DNA from: a virus
Virus record (IMG/VR): IMGVR_UViG_3300010376_000003
Span: 1 to 64,000 of that record
Reading direction: 5' to 3' (one strand)
DNA length: 64,000 nucleotides
The position numbers were made by a program, and so were the translations under genes. Positions 1 to 7,580 of this stretch are shown piece by piece. Numbering within the stretch: the first letter of the stretch is position 1; every line of letters starts with the position of its first letter. Below the pieces are notes generated by a model. It was not told the DNA's origin and ran no database searches. It saw nothing but the letters and a program-made list of their open reading frames with translations.

Positions 1-1682
1 AGGAGCGAGTTCGGGGCGACGACGAAGATGAACTGCTTGTGGAACCACTGCGCCCGCTGGTCACGGGTGGTGAGCCGCGCGTCCAGCTCCTGGGTGTAGC
101 CCGGCTGACCGGGTTGGAGAGCGGGCACGAACTGGTTCGGGTCGAAGTCGAATTCGTTGAGCATCTGCCCGCCCTGCCCGAGGATCTGCACGCGCTTGGC
201 TTCGGACAGGAACTGGAAGTAGTTGCACTTGATCATCTCGGAGAAGTCGCGCAGGAAGAGTTCGACCTGGCGCGCCTCGTTCCGGATCTCGGGGGTCAGG
301 GCCTCGTAGTATTTCTGGATCGTGTCAGCTGACGGCATCTGGCGAAGTTGGAGCAGGGCGGAGAGGTTCGCAGTGCCCGAGAGGTCGGCAAACTTCTGGG
401 TCAGCTTGTCCCACATCTCCAGGCCGAGTTGAATGACGGCCGGCGCGGGGCCTTCCTCTTTCTTCCACGGCTCGCCGAAGCCGGGCATGGTCTTGACCCG
501 CTTGCCAGGGCGGCGCGGGTCCATCAGCTTCATCGTGGACTCAGAGACCGCCGTGCGGTTGTAGGTGATGTCGGGATTCGTCCACTGCTGAATCGAGAGA
601 CGCACGTCGTTGACGGTGTCGTTGATGGCGTCCTGGATGGGCAGGAGGTCGTTGAAGAGCGGGATACCCAGAAACTGCCACGGCACCGACCAGAGCTTCA
701 TCCGGCAGAAGGGGAACATGCCGTGCCAGTACGTGTTGGGCCCGTCGTACACAACGGCGTCCTCGGTCGCGACGATGAGCCGGCCGCGGGGATAGAGTGG
801 CTGCTTGGGCTCGACCACATAGGCCCAGTTGCTGCCGGGCATCCCCATGGTGATCTTGTTCGGGGTGAGGTTCCGCGTGCGGTCGCGGAAGTAGGCGCGG
901 TAGAGGACCAGGGCGCCCGAACGCGCACGGCGGGTGGTGGCCGCGGTGCCGGGCCAGGCGACCGAGTCGAGCGGGTCCGCTGGCGAGATAAGTCGACTAA
1001 GTCCCGTGCGGAACCTGCCCATCACCTGGGTAAGTAAGGTGTCGCTGCTCGCCTTGAACAAATGAGCCTGCATCGGATACATGCCGCGCAGCACGTTCAC
1101 CGTGTGCTCCTCGCGGAAGCAGACGCCTTCCCACAGCTGGTTCGACCGACCGAACGATGGGCGGAGCGGGAGGGTGTCGCGCGGGTCGCGTGCGGTCAGC
1201 TGGTGCGCGCCGCCGAGCGGGGCGTGCGGATCCCAGTCGACCACGAGGTCACCGGTGCCGCCGGCCAGGGCGTACTTGACGCAGTCCCCCAGGTCGAGGT
1301 CCATCATCGTGGTGACCCACTCGGCGAGGAGATACTTGTTGAGGAGGTCGGCCTGGACGAGATACTCGGGGTTGCTCTTCCAGCCGGCGACCGGTTTGAG
1401 GTCGGTGATGGCACTGACGTGTGCCTGCATCGCCTTGCGGGTCTCGTTGACGACGACCTGGGGGAGGTACTTGCACCGCTGGTGCGCGGTGGTGAGCTGC
1501 ATCCCGGTGATGTAGTCCTGGCTGCGGGAGATCATGTCGTAGGAGGGGTCCTGGCGGTTGATGAGGTCGCCCTCCTGGATCCACTCGCGCAGCCACCCGA
1601 GGACACGCGGGTCGCCGCGCTGGAGCGACTCGGCGGATTGCCGCGGGAGGTCGAGGACACCGGAGGGAGACATGTCAGCCAT
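1..1682 (-). CDS. putative portal protein, N-terminal ~560 codons (C-terminus lies beyond the left window edge)
   Basis: The minus frame is open from ATG at 1682 to position 1 with no stop. It is absent from the supplied track because it is not closed. My translation starts MADMSPSGVLDLPRQSAESLQRGDPRVLGWLREWIQEGDL... and stays protein-like throughout. It is the last large gene of the terS-terL operon. The portal call rests on position and size, not on a proven motif. Confidence 0.5.
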   Translation of the reverse strand, partial: MADMSPSGVLDLPRQSAESLQRGDPRVLGWLREWIQEGDLINRQDPSYDMISRSQDYITGMQLTTAHQRCKYLPQVVVNETRKAMQAHVSAITDLKPVAGWKSNPEYLVQADLLNKYLLAEWVTTMMDLDLGDCVKYALAGGTGDLVVDWDPHAPLGGAHQLTARDPRDTLPLRPSFGRSNQLWEGVCFREEHTVNVLRGMYPMQAHLFKASSDTLLTQVMGRFRTGLSRLISPADPLDSVAWPGTAATTRRARSGALVLYRAYFRDRTRNLTPNKITMGMPGSNWAYVVEPKQPLYPRGRLIVATEDAVVYDGPNTYWHGMFPFCRMKLWSVPWQFLGIPLFNDLLPIQDAINDTVNDVRLSIQQWTNPDITYNRTAVSESTMKLMDPRRPGKRVKTMPGFGEPWKKEEGPAPAVIQLGLEMWDKLTQKFADLSGTANLSALLQLRQMPSADTIQKYYEALTPEIRNEARQVELFLRDFSEMIKCNYFQFLSEAKRVQILGQGGQMLNEFDFDPNQFVPALQPGQPGYTQELDARLTTRDQRAQWFHKQFIFVVAPNSL

Positions 1683-1684
1683 GG

Positions 1685-2062
1685 TTATTTGTCTTTCGGC
1701 GGCTTGCGATCAGTAGGAAAGATCTCCTCACCGGTCTTCGGGTCGATGTACCGATAGTGCCGCGTCACCGGCTTCAGTTGTTCGGCCGCCCACGTGTTGA
1801 CGGTCGTCATGTCGGGCCAGATGTCGTCGGTGACCTCAGGGTGTGCGCGCTTGTAGGCCACCATCAGCGTCGCCGCAGCTTTCTCGAAGAGCGCGAAGCT
1901 GCGCTGATAGTCCCGGTGCTCCTCCACCAGCGCCACGAGCCACGGACAGTCGGCGCGGTGCGCGGCCTGCTCGTCGCAGTAGCGGCACTCGACGTTGTGG
2001 TCGAACGGAGACTGAGACAGGTCGATCGGCGTCGTCGTCATCGGTGTCACCTCGGGCGACAT
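1685..2062 (-). CDS. hypothetical protein (125 aa)
   Basis: Track ORF packed tightly between the upstream stop (2064) and the portal ATG (1682). Its composition is balanced (W, Y, K, E), unlike the Arg/Ala-rich antisense shadow ORFs. Confidence 0.6.
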   Translation of the reverse strand: MSPEVTPMTTTPIDLSQSPFDHNVECRYCDEQAAHRADCPWLVALVEEHRDYQRSFALFEKAAATLMVAYKRAHPEVTDDIWPDMTTVNTWAAEQLKPVTRHYRYIDPKTGEEIFPTDRKPPKDK

Positions 2063-2063
2063 C

Positions 2064-2546
2064 CTACTTCTTCAGCGCGTCGAGCGCGCAGGGGATGTCG
2101 TCGGTGACGCCGGGGCCGTAGTCGGTGTCGGCGAGGTGGTCACCCTTGCCGATCTTGTCGGCGTTCGCCCGCACCCAGGCTGGGTCGGGCGCCTCGCCGC
2201 CCTGCCAGCCTGGGGCGAGGGTGTGGACGTCGCGGTTGCTGCTGTCCTGGGAGTAGCGGCGCCAGACCATCGGCTGTCCCTCGCCGTCCTTGTAGCGCTG
2301 CTCGGAGTCGCGCTCGATGTCGCGGAGCTTTTTCAGCGAGTCGACCAGGACCGGGCGGTTCATGGCGTCGAAGGTGGTGAATTCTTGAAACGGCTCGTAG
2401 GCGTCCATGCGGCCGACTTGGGGGATCCAGGCGGTCTTCTGCCCACAGTGCTCGGGCGCCCCGGCGGTCGCGCCGACCTCGATCGGGACGTTGACGTCGA
2501 CCAGGACCTGGCCGCAGCGGCGGCACCAGAAGTCATGCAAACTCAC
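2064..2546 (-). CDS. hypothetical protein with N-terminal CxxC zinc-ribbon-like motif (160 aa)
   Basis: Begins MSLHDFWCRRCGQVLVD...EHCG. ATGA start/stop overlap with the HNH gene at 2543-2546. Confidence 0.65.
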   Translation of the reverse strand: MSLHDFWCRRCGQVLVDVNVPIEVGATAGAPEHCGQKTAWIPQVGRMDAYEPFQEFTTFDAMNRPVLVDSLKKLRDIERDSEQRYKDGEGQPMVWRRYSQDSSNRDVHTLAPGWQGGEAPDPAWVRANADKIGKGDHLADTDYGPGVTDDIPCALDALKK

Positions 2547-3058
2547 AGGGTCATCTCCTGGATAGCGGCGTCGAGGCGGATCTCGTGCGGACAGTACCCA
2601 CGGTTCCCCAAGGCGCAGTTACAGTTGAAGCACAACACGCGAAAGCCTGCAGGAAACTGCATCCGGATCAGCCACGCGTAGAGCGACTGGCCGACGCGGT
2701 CGCCACCAACCCGTACACCACCATCGCTACGCTTGTCGACGAGGTGGTCAAGCGTCAGGAACTCTAGGATGTCCTCGCCGCAGCAAGCACAGAAGGGCGG
2801 ATCAGCCGAGTACGCACACAGGCAGGCGAGTCGCGTCTTCCAGTGCTTATCCTGCATGGCTACGATCCGTGTCGCCCGGTGCTTGTGGTACTGCTGACGC
2901 GTATACTCCCGCTTTTTGGTGAGGTAGCTCTCGTCGGACGCTCGCAGATGCGCGGCGCGAATACGCTCGCGCTCTATCACGGCCGCCTTCTGCTCCGGAG
3001 TCAGGCGACGGTACCGTGCCCGCTCGCGAGCGAGTTTCTCCGGCGAACTCTTCACCAT
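2543..3058 (-). CDS. HNH endonuclease (171 aa)
   Basis: Internal ATG at 3058 (MVKSSPEKLARERARY...) preceded by GGAGGAAGAGAGG. The C-terminal half reads CACCGEDILEFLTLDHLVDKRSDGG...LCFNCNCALGNRGYCPH, a Cys-rich H-N-H layout. The longer track ORF (to 3250) has an Arg/Pro-rich junk N-terminus. Confidence 0.75.
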   Translation of the reverse strand: MVKSSPEKLARERARYRRLTPEQKAAVIERERIRAAHLRASDESYLTKKREYTRQQYHKHRATRIVAMQDKHWKTRLACLCAYSADPPFCACCGEDILEFLTLDHLVDKRSDGGVRVGGDRVGQSLYAWLIRMQFPAGFRVLCFNCNCALGNRGYCPHEIRLDAAIQEMTL

Positions 3059-3267
3059 CGCTGCCTCTCTTCCTCCTTGCGAGCCTCCTGGGGACCGAGC
3101 GGGAGCGGCTGCTGGGCGCGGATGTCGGCGACACGACGGCCGGTGTGCTGCTCGCGAGCGCAGGAGCCGTGCGCGTAGCGCGGGTCGTCGTCGCGCATCG
3201 GGCGGCGACAGATCCAGCAGAGGCCGCGGGCGCGCTGCTGGGCGTACCACTCGGGATTGGTGCCCAT
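3052..3267 (-). CDS. small Cys-rich protein (71 aa)
   Basis: ATG at 3267 lies one nt after the TGA of 3269..3610 (TGAGATG). Sequence MGTNPEWYAQQRARGLCWICRRPMRDDDPRYAHGSCAREQH... It is the C-terminal part of track ORF 3052..3420. Confidence 0.45.
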   Translation of the reverse strand: MGTNPEWYAQQRARGLCWICRRPMRDDDPRYAHGSCAREQHTGRRVADIRAQQPLPLGPQEARKEEERQRW

Positions 3268-3268
3268 C

Positions 3269-3610
3269 TCAGGCCACCAGGGCAGAGACCAGGACGCCCT
3301 CAGTCGCGTTGTCCGCGTCGATGTAGAACTGCGTGATGAGCACCCCGTTGGCGGCCATCGCGGAGCCGCTGAGCGAGAAGCTCGGGATCGCGCTGGCGCT
3401 CGCGGGCGGCAGGACGTCAATGACGCCGACGAGCGTGCCTTTGTTCATCCCCGACACCCCGATGTAGATCTTTCCCGTGTTGGTCGGCAACGCGACGAGG
3501 CTGAGCGCGTTGACGCTTGACGGCTGCGGCGGGGGAAGGGACGGCAGCTGCACGGGTGTTCCCGGCGTCGCGACCTTCACGGGACCGAGGGCGAACATCT
3601 GACCGGCCAT
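3269..3610 (-). CDS. small virion-module protein, paralog 1 (113 aa)
   Basis: AAGGAGA sits 6 nt upstream of the ATG. It aligns end to end with 3745..4089 (TNTGKIYIGVSGMNKG vs TNTGNVYIGLANMNKD; both end (E/D)GVLVS(A/G)LVA). Confidence 0.7.
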   Translation of the reverse strand: MAGQMFALGPVKVATPGTPVQLPSLPPPQPSSVNALSLVALPTNTGKIYIGVSGMNKGTLVGVIDVLPPASASAIPSFSLSGSAMAANGVLITQFYIDADNATEGVLVSALVA

Positions 3611-3744
3611 GAGGAGTCTCCTTTGGCGAATCGACGGGCACAGTCGGCGACACGAGGAGGTCGCCGGTTGAATGAGAAAAGCCGCGATGCCCGACCTTAT
3701 GCACGATGCCGCGCTTCTTGGGTGTACTCATCACGCGACCTCCC

Positions 3745-4089
3745 TCAGGCCACCAGGCCGCTCACCAGGACGCCGTCGCCAGAGACGTCGGCATCGAACC
3801 AGAAGTCGGTCAGGCGGATCGCGTTCGCGCCCTGGACGACGGCGATCGAGAAGGTCGGGATCGAGGTCGAGGTCGGGATGGGGAGCACTTGGAGGACGTT
3901 GTAGAGGACTGACGAGTCCTTGTTCATGTTCGCCAGGCCGATGTAGACGTTCCCGGTGTTGGTCTGCAGCGCCGAGATGAGGATGGCGTGGACCGCAGGC
4001 GGGTTGATGTCGGGCGGCACCGGGAGAAAGACGGGAGTCCCGGCGGCGGGCACCACGACACGGCCGATGGCTTTGAGCGCGGCGGCCAT
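3745..4089 (-). CDS. small virion-module protein, paralog 2 (114 aa)
   Basis: Internal ATG at 4089 (MAAALKAIGRVVVPAAGTPVFLPVPP...), 5 nt after the TAA of 4094..4387. The upstream part of track ORF 3745..4380 is Ser/Arg/Pro junk overlapping that gene. Confidence 0.7.
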   Translation of the reverse strand: MAAALKAIGRVVVPAAGTPVFLPVPPDINPPAVHAILISALQTNTGNVYIGLANMNKDSSVLYNVLQVLPIPTSTSIPTFSIAVVQGANAIRLTDFWFDADVSGDGVLVSGLVA

Positions 4090-4093
4090 GGAC

Positions 4094-4387
4094 TTAGAAG
4101 GCGCCCACGCCCCAGATGTCGCGCACAAAGGTCCGGAAGTCGTAGGGAGTGGTCTGGGCCTGTGTGCCGGTCCAGATGGCGGCGAGCGTGGCGAGGTCGG
4201 CAAAGGCACTCTTGAGCGTCGTGACTTCTTGCTGTGTGTAGCCGAGCGCGACGAGGTCCGCGTCGGCGGTCTGGTCGAGAAACGCCTTGAGCGTCCCGAC
4301 ATCCCGGAACTGCTGTTGAAAGCCGCGGCAGATATCGCCCGCGCGACTGTCGAGTTCAGATTTGGAGATAGCCAGACCAACGGACAT
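4094..4387 (-). CDS. hypothetical protein downstream of the tail fibre gene (97 aa)
   Basis: Track ORF starting 13 nt after the fibre stop, with normal composition (MSVGLAISKSELDSRAGDICRGFQQQFRDVGTLKAF...). A fibre chaperone or assembly role is only a positional guess. Confidence 0.6.
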   Translation of the reverse strand: MSVGLAISKSELDSRAGDICRGFQQQFRDVGTLKAFLDQTADADLVALGYTQQEVTTLKSAFADLATLAAIWTGTQAQTTPYDFRTFVRDIWGVGAF

Positions 4388-4399
4388 AGCGGGCTCCTT

Positions 4400-6949
4400 C
4401 TAGGTCACTTCCAGGGTGCCGGTCCCGAAGAGATTCAACGACCCGAGCGGCCAGTTCCCCACGGCACCATCGTGAAGCACATTGATATTCGGGGCGCTGG
4501 CGCCCGCGAAGGGAGCCACGGCCACTCCCGCGACGGCGCCGCCAAGGGTCCCACCAATGGCACTCGCCACGGGGGTGTAGCCGTAACAGGTCCGCAGCAG
4601 CTGGGTACTGGCCGTACCGCCGATGGTCGTCGTCCCCAAATTCCACGCGAACTGCAGCGTGCGGCCAACGAGTCGGTACTTATCCACGGAGACATTCCCC
4701 GCCGCCACGGTCCAGGACATGCTCCCGGTGGCGGAGTAACTCGCCGCACTGAAGGCGGGCGTAATCCACGCGCCCTGTTCGTGCGCGGTCAACACCCAAT
4801 AATTGCCGTTGTTGATAAATGTCGCCGTTCCATGAGCCCCTACCGGCGTCGGCCCACTCGTCACATAGTTGTAAAACCGATTCCCGGCCAACGAGGACGC
4901 ACTCGAGTACGCAAGGTAGACATTGCCACCATTGCCGGTATTCAGGATGGTGAGATGCGACCCAACCACACCACCGGCAATACCCGTCAGGGTGAGATCC
5001 GAGGCGCCACTCCAGATGAGGAAGGTATGGCCCGCCACGCCCACAGCCCAATCATTGATGGCGCCAGTCTGTGTGCTCGTCAGATACGTGTCCACGGGAT
5101 AGGCAAAGGCGCCAGAGCCGTTCAGGAACTGCGCGGCGTTGTTCGGCAGCGTCGGCACCAACCCGCTAATCGCCACCGCACTCGCCGCCGTCAGCCGCCC
5201 TTTCACGTCAACCGTGACGCGCGCGACATGCGTACTGTCGCCATAGGCTGCCGCCGTCACTCCCGTGGTGAGCAGGACCGCATCGGGCACCGTCCCACTC
5301 GCGAGTTGGGAGGCATTGAGCGGCGTCGTCCCGAGCCCGGTCGCCTGCACGGTCCCCTGCACGGTCTGGGGCTGCGTGAAAGTGTTCGCGGCGCTGAGGC
5401 GCGGGATGTTGGCGCTGAGCGTCAGCACCTGGGACCCGCTCCCTGGGCCAGCCGTGCCGTCTCCCGTGAGCTGCGTGATGCCGGTGTCGGGCGGCACCGT
5501 GAACGCCCCCTGGCCGTTGAGGAACTTGGTGGCGTCGTTCGGGTAGGTCGGGACCAGCTGACTGATGGCGATGGTGCCGACTTGGGTGAGGCGCCCGTCG
5601 GCTCCGACCGTGACGACCGGAATGTGGGTGGCGTCGCCGTAGCTGCCGGCGCCCACGCCGGTGCCGGCGATCTGGGTCTGCCGGCTGCCGGCGGTGAAGA
5701 CCGGGCCACTGAGGTCGACGCCCTGGAGCACGCGGCCGTTGGGCGCGTTCTGCCAGCCGGCGAGCATCTGGGTCGCGGGGATGGTCGGGGCCGTGACGAC
5801 ACTCGGGTCCCAGGCGCCCGCCCCGTTGAGGAACTGGGTCGCGTCTTCTGGGTAGGGCGGAAGGGTGGCGAGCGGCTGGCCGACGCGCACCAGGATCGAC
5901 TCGTTGTTGGAGAGCGCGCTGCCGCCGGTCGAGAGGACCGAGACCGCGATGTCGACATAGCCTCCGGCGTCGACGGGGGCGGCGGTCGCCTGGAACTCCC
6001 CGTACTGCGTATGGTCGGTCGTGTTCTGCAGGACCAGGCGCGTGCCGACGGGCGCGAGCATGAGAGTCCAGTAGACATCGAGGTTGTCGGTGGTCTGGGT
6101 CGAGAGGTAGAGGTGCGCGGCGGTCGTCCAGGGATAGGCCTGGTCGAGACGCACCTGTGAGGTACTCGGCGGCGGGGTCGTTGAGGTCGAGAAGCGATAG
6201 GCGAGGTCGGTGCCGGCGCCGGTGGGGCCTTGGGGACCGGTCGGGCCGGTGGGGCCGGGGTCGCCCTGGGGACCCTGAGGACCGGTCGCGCCGGTCGCGC
6301 CGGGGATGCCCTGCGGGCCCTGGGGACCGAGCGCGCCGTCGGCACCAGCAGGTCCAGTGGCACCGGCGGGTCCGGTCGCGCCGGGGAGTCCTTGGGTCCC
6401 GTCGGCCCCTTGCGGACCCGTGGCGCCGGTCGCGCCTTGGGGGCCGGCGGGACCGGTGGCGCCGGTGGCGCCGATAGGACCTTGGGGACCGGTGGCGCCG
6501 GCTGGGCCGGCGGGGCCGGCGGGGCCTTGCGCCATGCCGGCGTCGACCCAGCCGGTCGAGCCCCAGACCCACATGTGCCCGGTGTCGGCGGCGATGTAGG
6601 CGTCGCCGGGCTGGTTGCCGGTGGCTGGGAGGTCGGCGGCGGTCGGGACGGTGCCGAGCACCGTCAGCCCGGTGCCCTGCGGGCCCTGGGGACCTTCGGG
6701 GCCGGTCGGCCCAGGGATGCCTTGAGGACCGGTTGGGCCGGTCGCACCGGTCGCTCCCTGCGGACCAGCGGGACCGGTGGCGCCGTCCGCACCAGCGGGG
6801 CCGGTCGCGCCCTGCGGGCCGGCAGGACCTTCGGGACCAGCGGGGCCAGCGGGGCCGGTCGGGCCGGGCGGCCCTTGCGGACCACTGCCGCCGGAGGCCT
6901 CCGCCTCCACCCCGAGGCCGCCGAGATTCCCGAGCCACGCGTTGGTCAT
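4400..6949 (-). CDS. collagen-like tail fibre protein (849 aa)
   Basis: Two Gly-X-Y blocks (about aa 23-92 and 142-244) are separated by [24 protein letters not shown]. Three copies follow of a fibre repeat, P(T/P)(Y/L)P(N/E)(D/N)A(T/A)(K/Q)FLNG.GAF plus YGD(A/S)TH..(V)VTV...GRLT....AI, then a C-terminal globular domain. Confidence 0.85.
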   Translation of the reverse strand: MTNAWLGNLGGLGVEAEASGGSGPQGPPGPTGPAGPAGPEGPAGPQGATGPAGADGATGPAGPQGATGATGPTGPQGIPGPTGPEGPQGPQGTGLTVLGTVPTAADLPATGNQPGDAYIAADTGHMWVWGSTGWVDAGMAQGPAGPAGPAGATGPQGPIGATGATGPAGPQGATGATGPQGADGTQGLPGATGPAGATGPAGADGALGPQGPQGIPGATGATGPQGPQGDPGPTGPTGPQGPTGAGTDLAYRFSTSTTPPPSTSQVRLDQAYPWTTAAHLYLSTQTTDNLDVYWTLMLAPVGTRLVLQNTTDHTQYGEFQATAAPVDAGGYVDIAVSVLSTGGSALSNNESILVRVGQPLATLPPYPEDATQFLNGAGAWDPSVVTAPTIPATQMLAGWQNAPNGRVLQGVDLSGPVFTAGSRQTQIAGTGVGAGSYGDATHIPVVTVGADGRLTQVGTIAISQLVPTYPNDATKFLNGQGAFTVPPDTGITQLTGDGTAGPGSGSQVLTLSANIPRLSAANTFTQPQTVQGTVQATGLGTTPLNASQLASGTVPDAVLLTTGVTAAAYGDSTHVARVTVDVKGRLTAASAVAISGLVPTLPNNAAQFLNGSGAFAYPVDTYLTSTQTGAINDWAVGVAGHTFLIWSGASDLTLTGIAGGVVGSHLTILNTGNGGNVYLAYSSASSLAGNRFYNYVTSGPTPVGAHGTATFINNGNYWVLTAHEQGAWITPAFSAASYSATGSMSWTVAAGNVSVDKYRLVGRTLQFAWNLGTTTIGGTASTQLLRTCYGYTPVASAIGGTLGGAVAGVAVAPFAGASAPNINVLHDGAVGNWPLGSLNLFGTGTLEVT
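6215..6895 (-). repeat. Gly-X-Y (GGN-CCN-rich) collagen triplet coding repeats, two blocks
   Basis: GGxCCx periodicity is directly visible. This region also generates several long spurious ORFs in other frames and on the other strand. Confidence 0.9.
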
Positions 6950-7104
6950 CGGTGGAAGGGCGACATGAGCCAGCGCCAGAGCCGGCGCAGGGCGAGCCGT
7001 AGGCGGTTCGGGCGGCGCGGCGGCTGGTGGCCGACCTCCAGCACCGGGACGCCCAAGGTGGGGGAACCGGTGCGGTAGACGACGTGGGAGGGTCCGAGCG
7101 ACAT
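6946..7104 (-). CDS. mini-ORF (52 aa) translationally coupled at both ends
   Basis: Hand-translated: [52 protein letters not shown]. Its ATG overlaps the TGA of 7104..7580 (TGATG). Its TGA overlaps the fibre ATG (ATGA). Below the track size cut-off. Confidence 0.45.
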   Translation of the reverse strand: MSLGPSHVVYRTGSPTLGVPVLEVGHQPPRRPNRLRLALRRLWRWLMSPFHR

Positions 7105-7580
7105 CAGGCCCCCGGCGCGGTCGGTGCGCGGTGGAACAGTTCGTCCTGGATGCGGTCCACGACCGCCTGCATCTCGGCCTGGACCGTGCGGCCGCGCTTA
7201 CTGGCGCGGTGGGCGATCTCTTCGAGCTGCCCCGGCGTGAAGGGGACGCGAATGTCGCCGAAGCGCATCGAGGCCAGGCGGTCGACCGCGGCGAGGAAGA
7301 CCTCTGGTGAGCGGGTCGAGCCGAATCCGGTTATTTCCTCCAGGCGATTACAGTCGGCTGGCGAGAGCTGCAGGCCGGCGACGGGTGCCTCCTTGCCGGG
7401 GAGGCGCGCGAGCTGCCAGGCGAGCTTCTGGATCTCGGCCACTAGGGTCGCGGCGGTCTGATTCGGCAGGGCGACCCGACCCTGCTCTGGGTCAGGCGCG
7501 GCTGCGGTCGTCGAAGTAGAGCCCGGCGCTGTCGCTGTCCGCGCTGAGGGCATAGGGGTCGTCTGCGAGGGAGTCGGCAT
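7104..7580 (-). CDS. hypothetical protein (158 aa; start uncertain)
   Basis: ATG at 7580 is preceded by TGGAGG at 6-nt spacing, but it lies 89 nt inside the terL 3' end in another frame. An alternative GTG at 7442 has no SD. The C-terminal part ([39 protein letters not shown]) looks protein-like. Confidence 0.55.
   Translation of the reverse strand: MPTPSQTTPMPSARTATAPGSTSTTAAAPDPEQGRVALPNQTAATLVAEIQKLAWQLARLPGKEAPVAGLQLSPADCNRLEEITGFGSTRSPEVFLAAVDRLASMRFGDIRVPFTPGQLEEIAHRASKRGRTVQAEMQAVVDRIQDELFHRAPTAPGA

Noticed and set aside
3417-3734. ORF starting MMSTPKKRGIVHKVGHRGF..., with GGGAGG upstream, in the 134-nt gap between the two paralog genes.
   Set aside because: Only the first ~40 codons lie in the gap. 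The remainder overlaps 3269..3610 out of frame and turns Arg/Pro-rich. A very short peptide cannot be excluded, but the 105-aa ORF as listed is unlikely.
3956-6160. Long plus-strand ORF (734 aa). Similar long antisense ORFs include 45308..49144 (1278 aa), 15532..17271, 39287..41071, 37187..38521, 5208..6938, 60189..61517, 60533..61999, 22103..23155 and 51021..52379.
   Set aside because: Their composition is Arg/Gly/Ala/Pro-dominated and they carry no motifs. Each lies antisense to, or out of frame with, a gene that has recognisable motifs (collagen fibre, SLT protein, DUF932, polymerase, integrase, GT9). These are typical shadow ORFs of stop-poor high-GC DNA.
6215-6895. Highly periodic GGNCCN arrays (also 63632-63832) that could be mistaken for a CRISPR array or satellite repeat.
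   Set aside because: The period is 9 nt or less with no unique spacers. The arrays translate cleanly into Gly-X-Y collagen triplets inside long ORFs with fibre-type N- and C-terminal domains.
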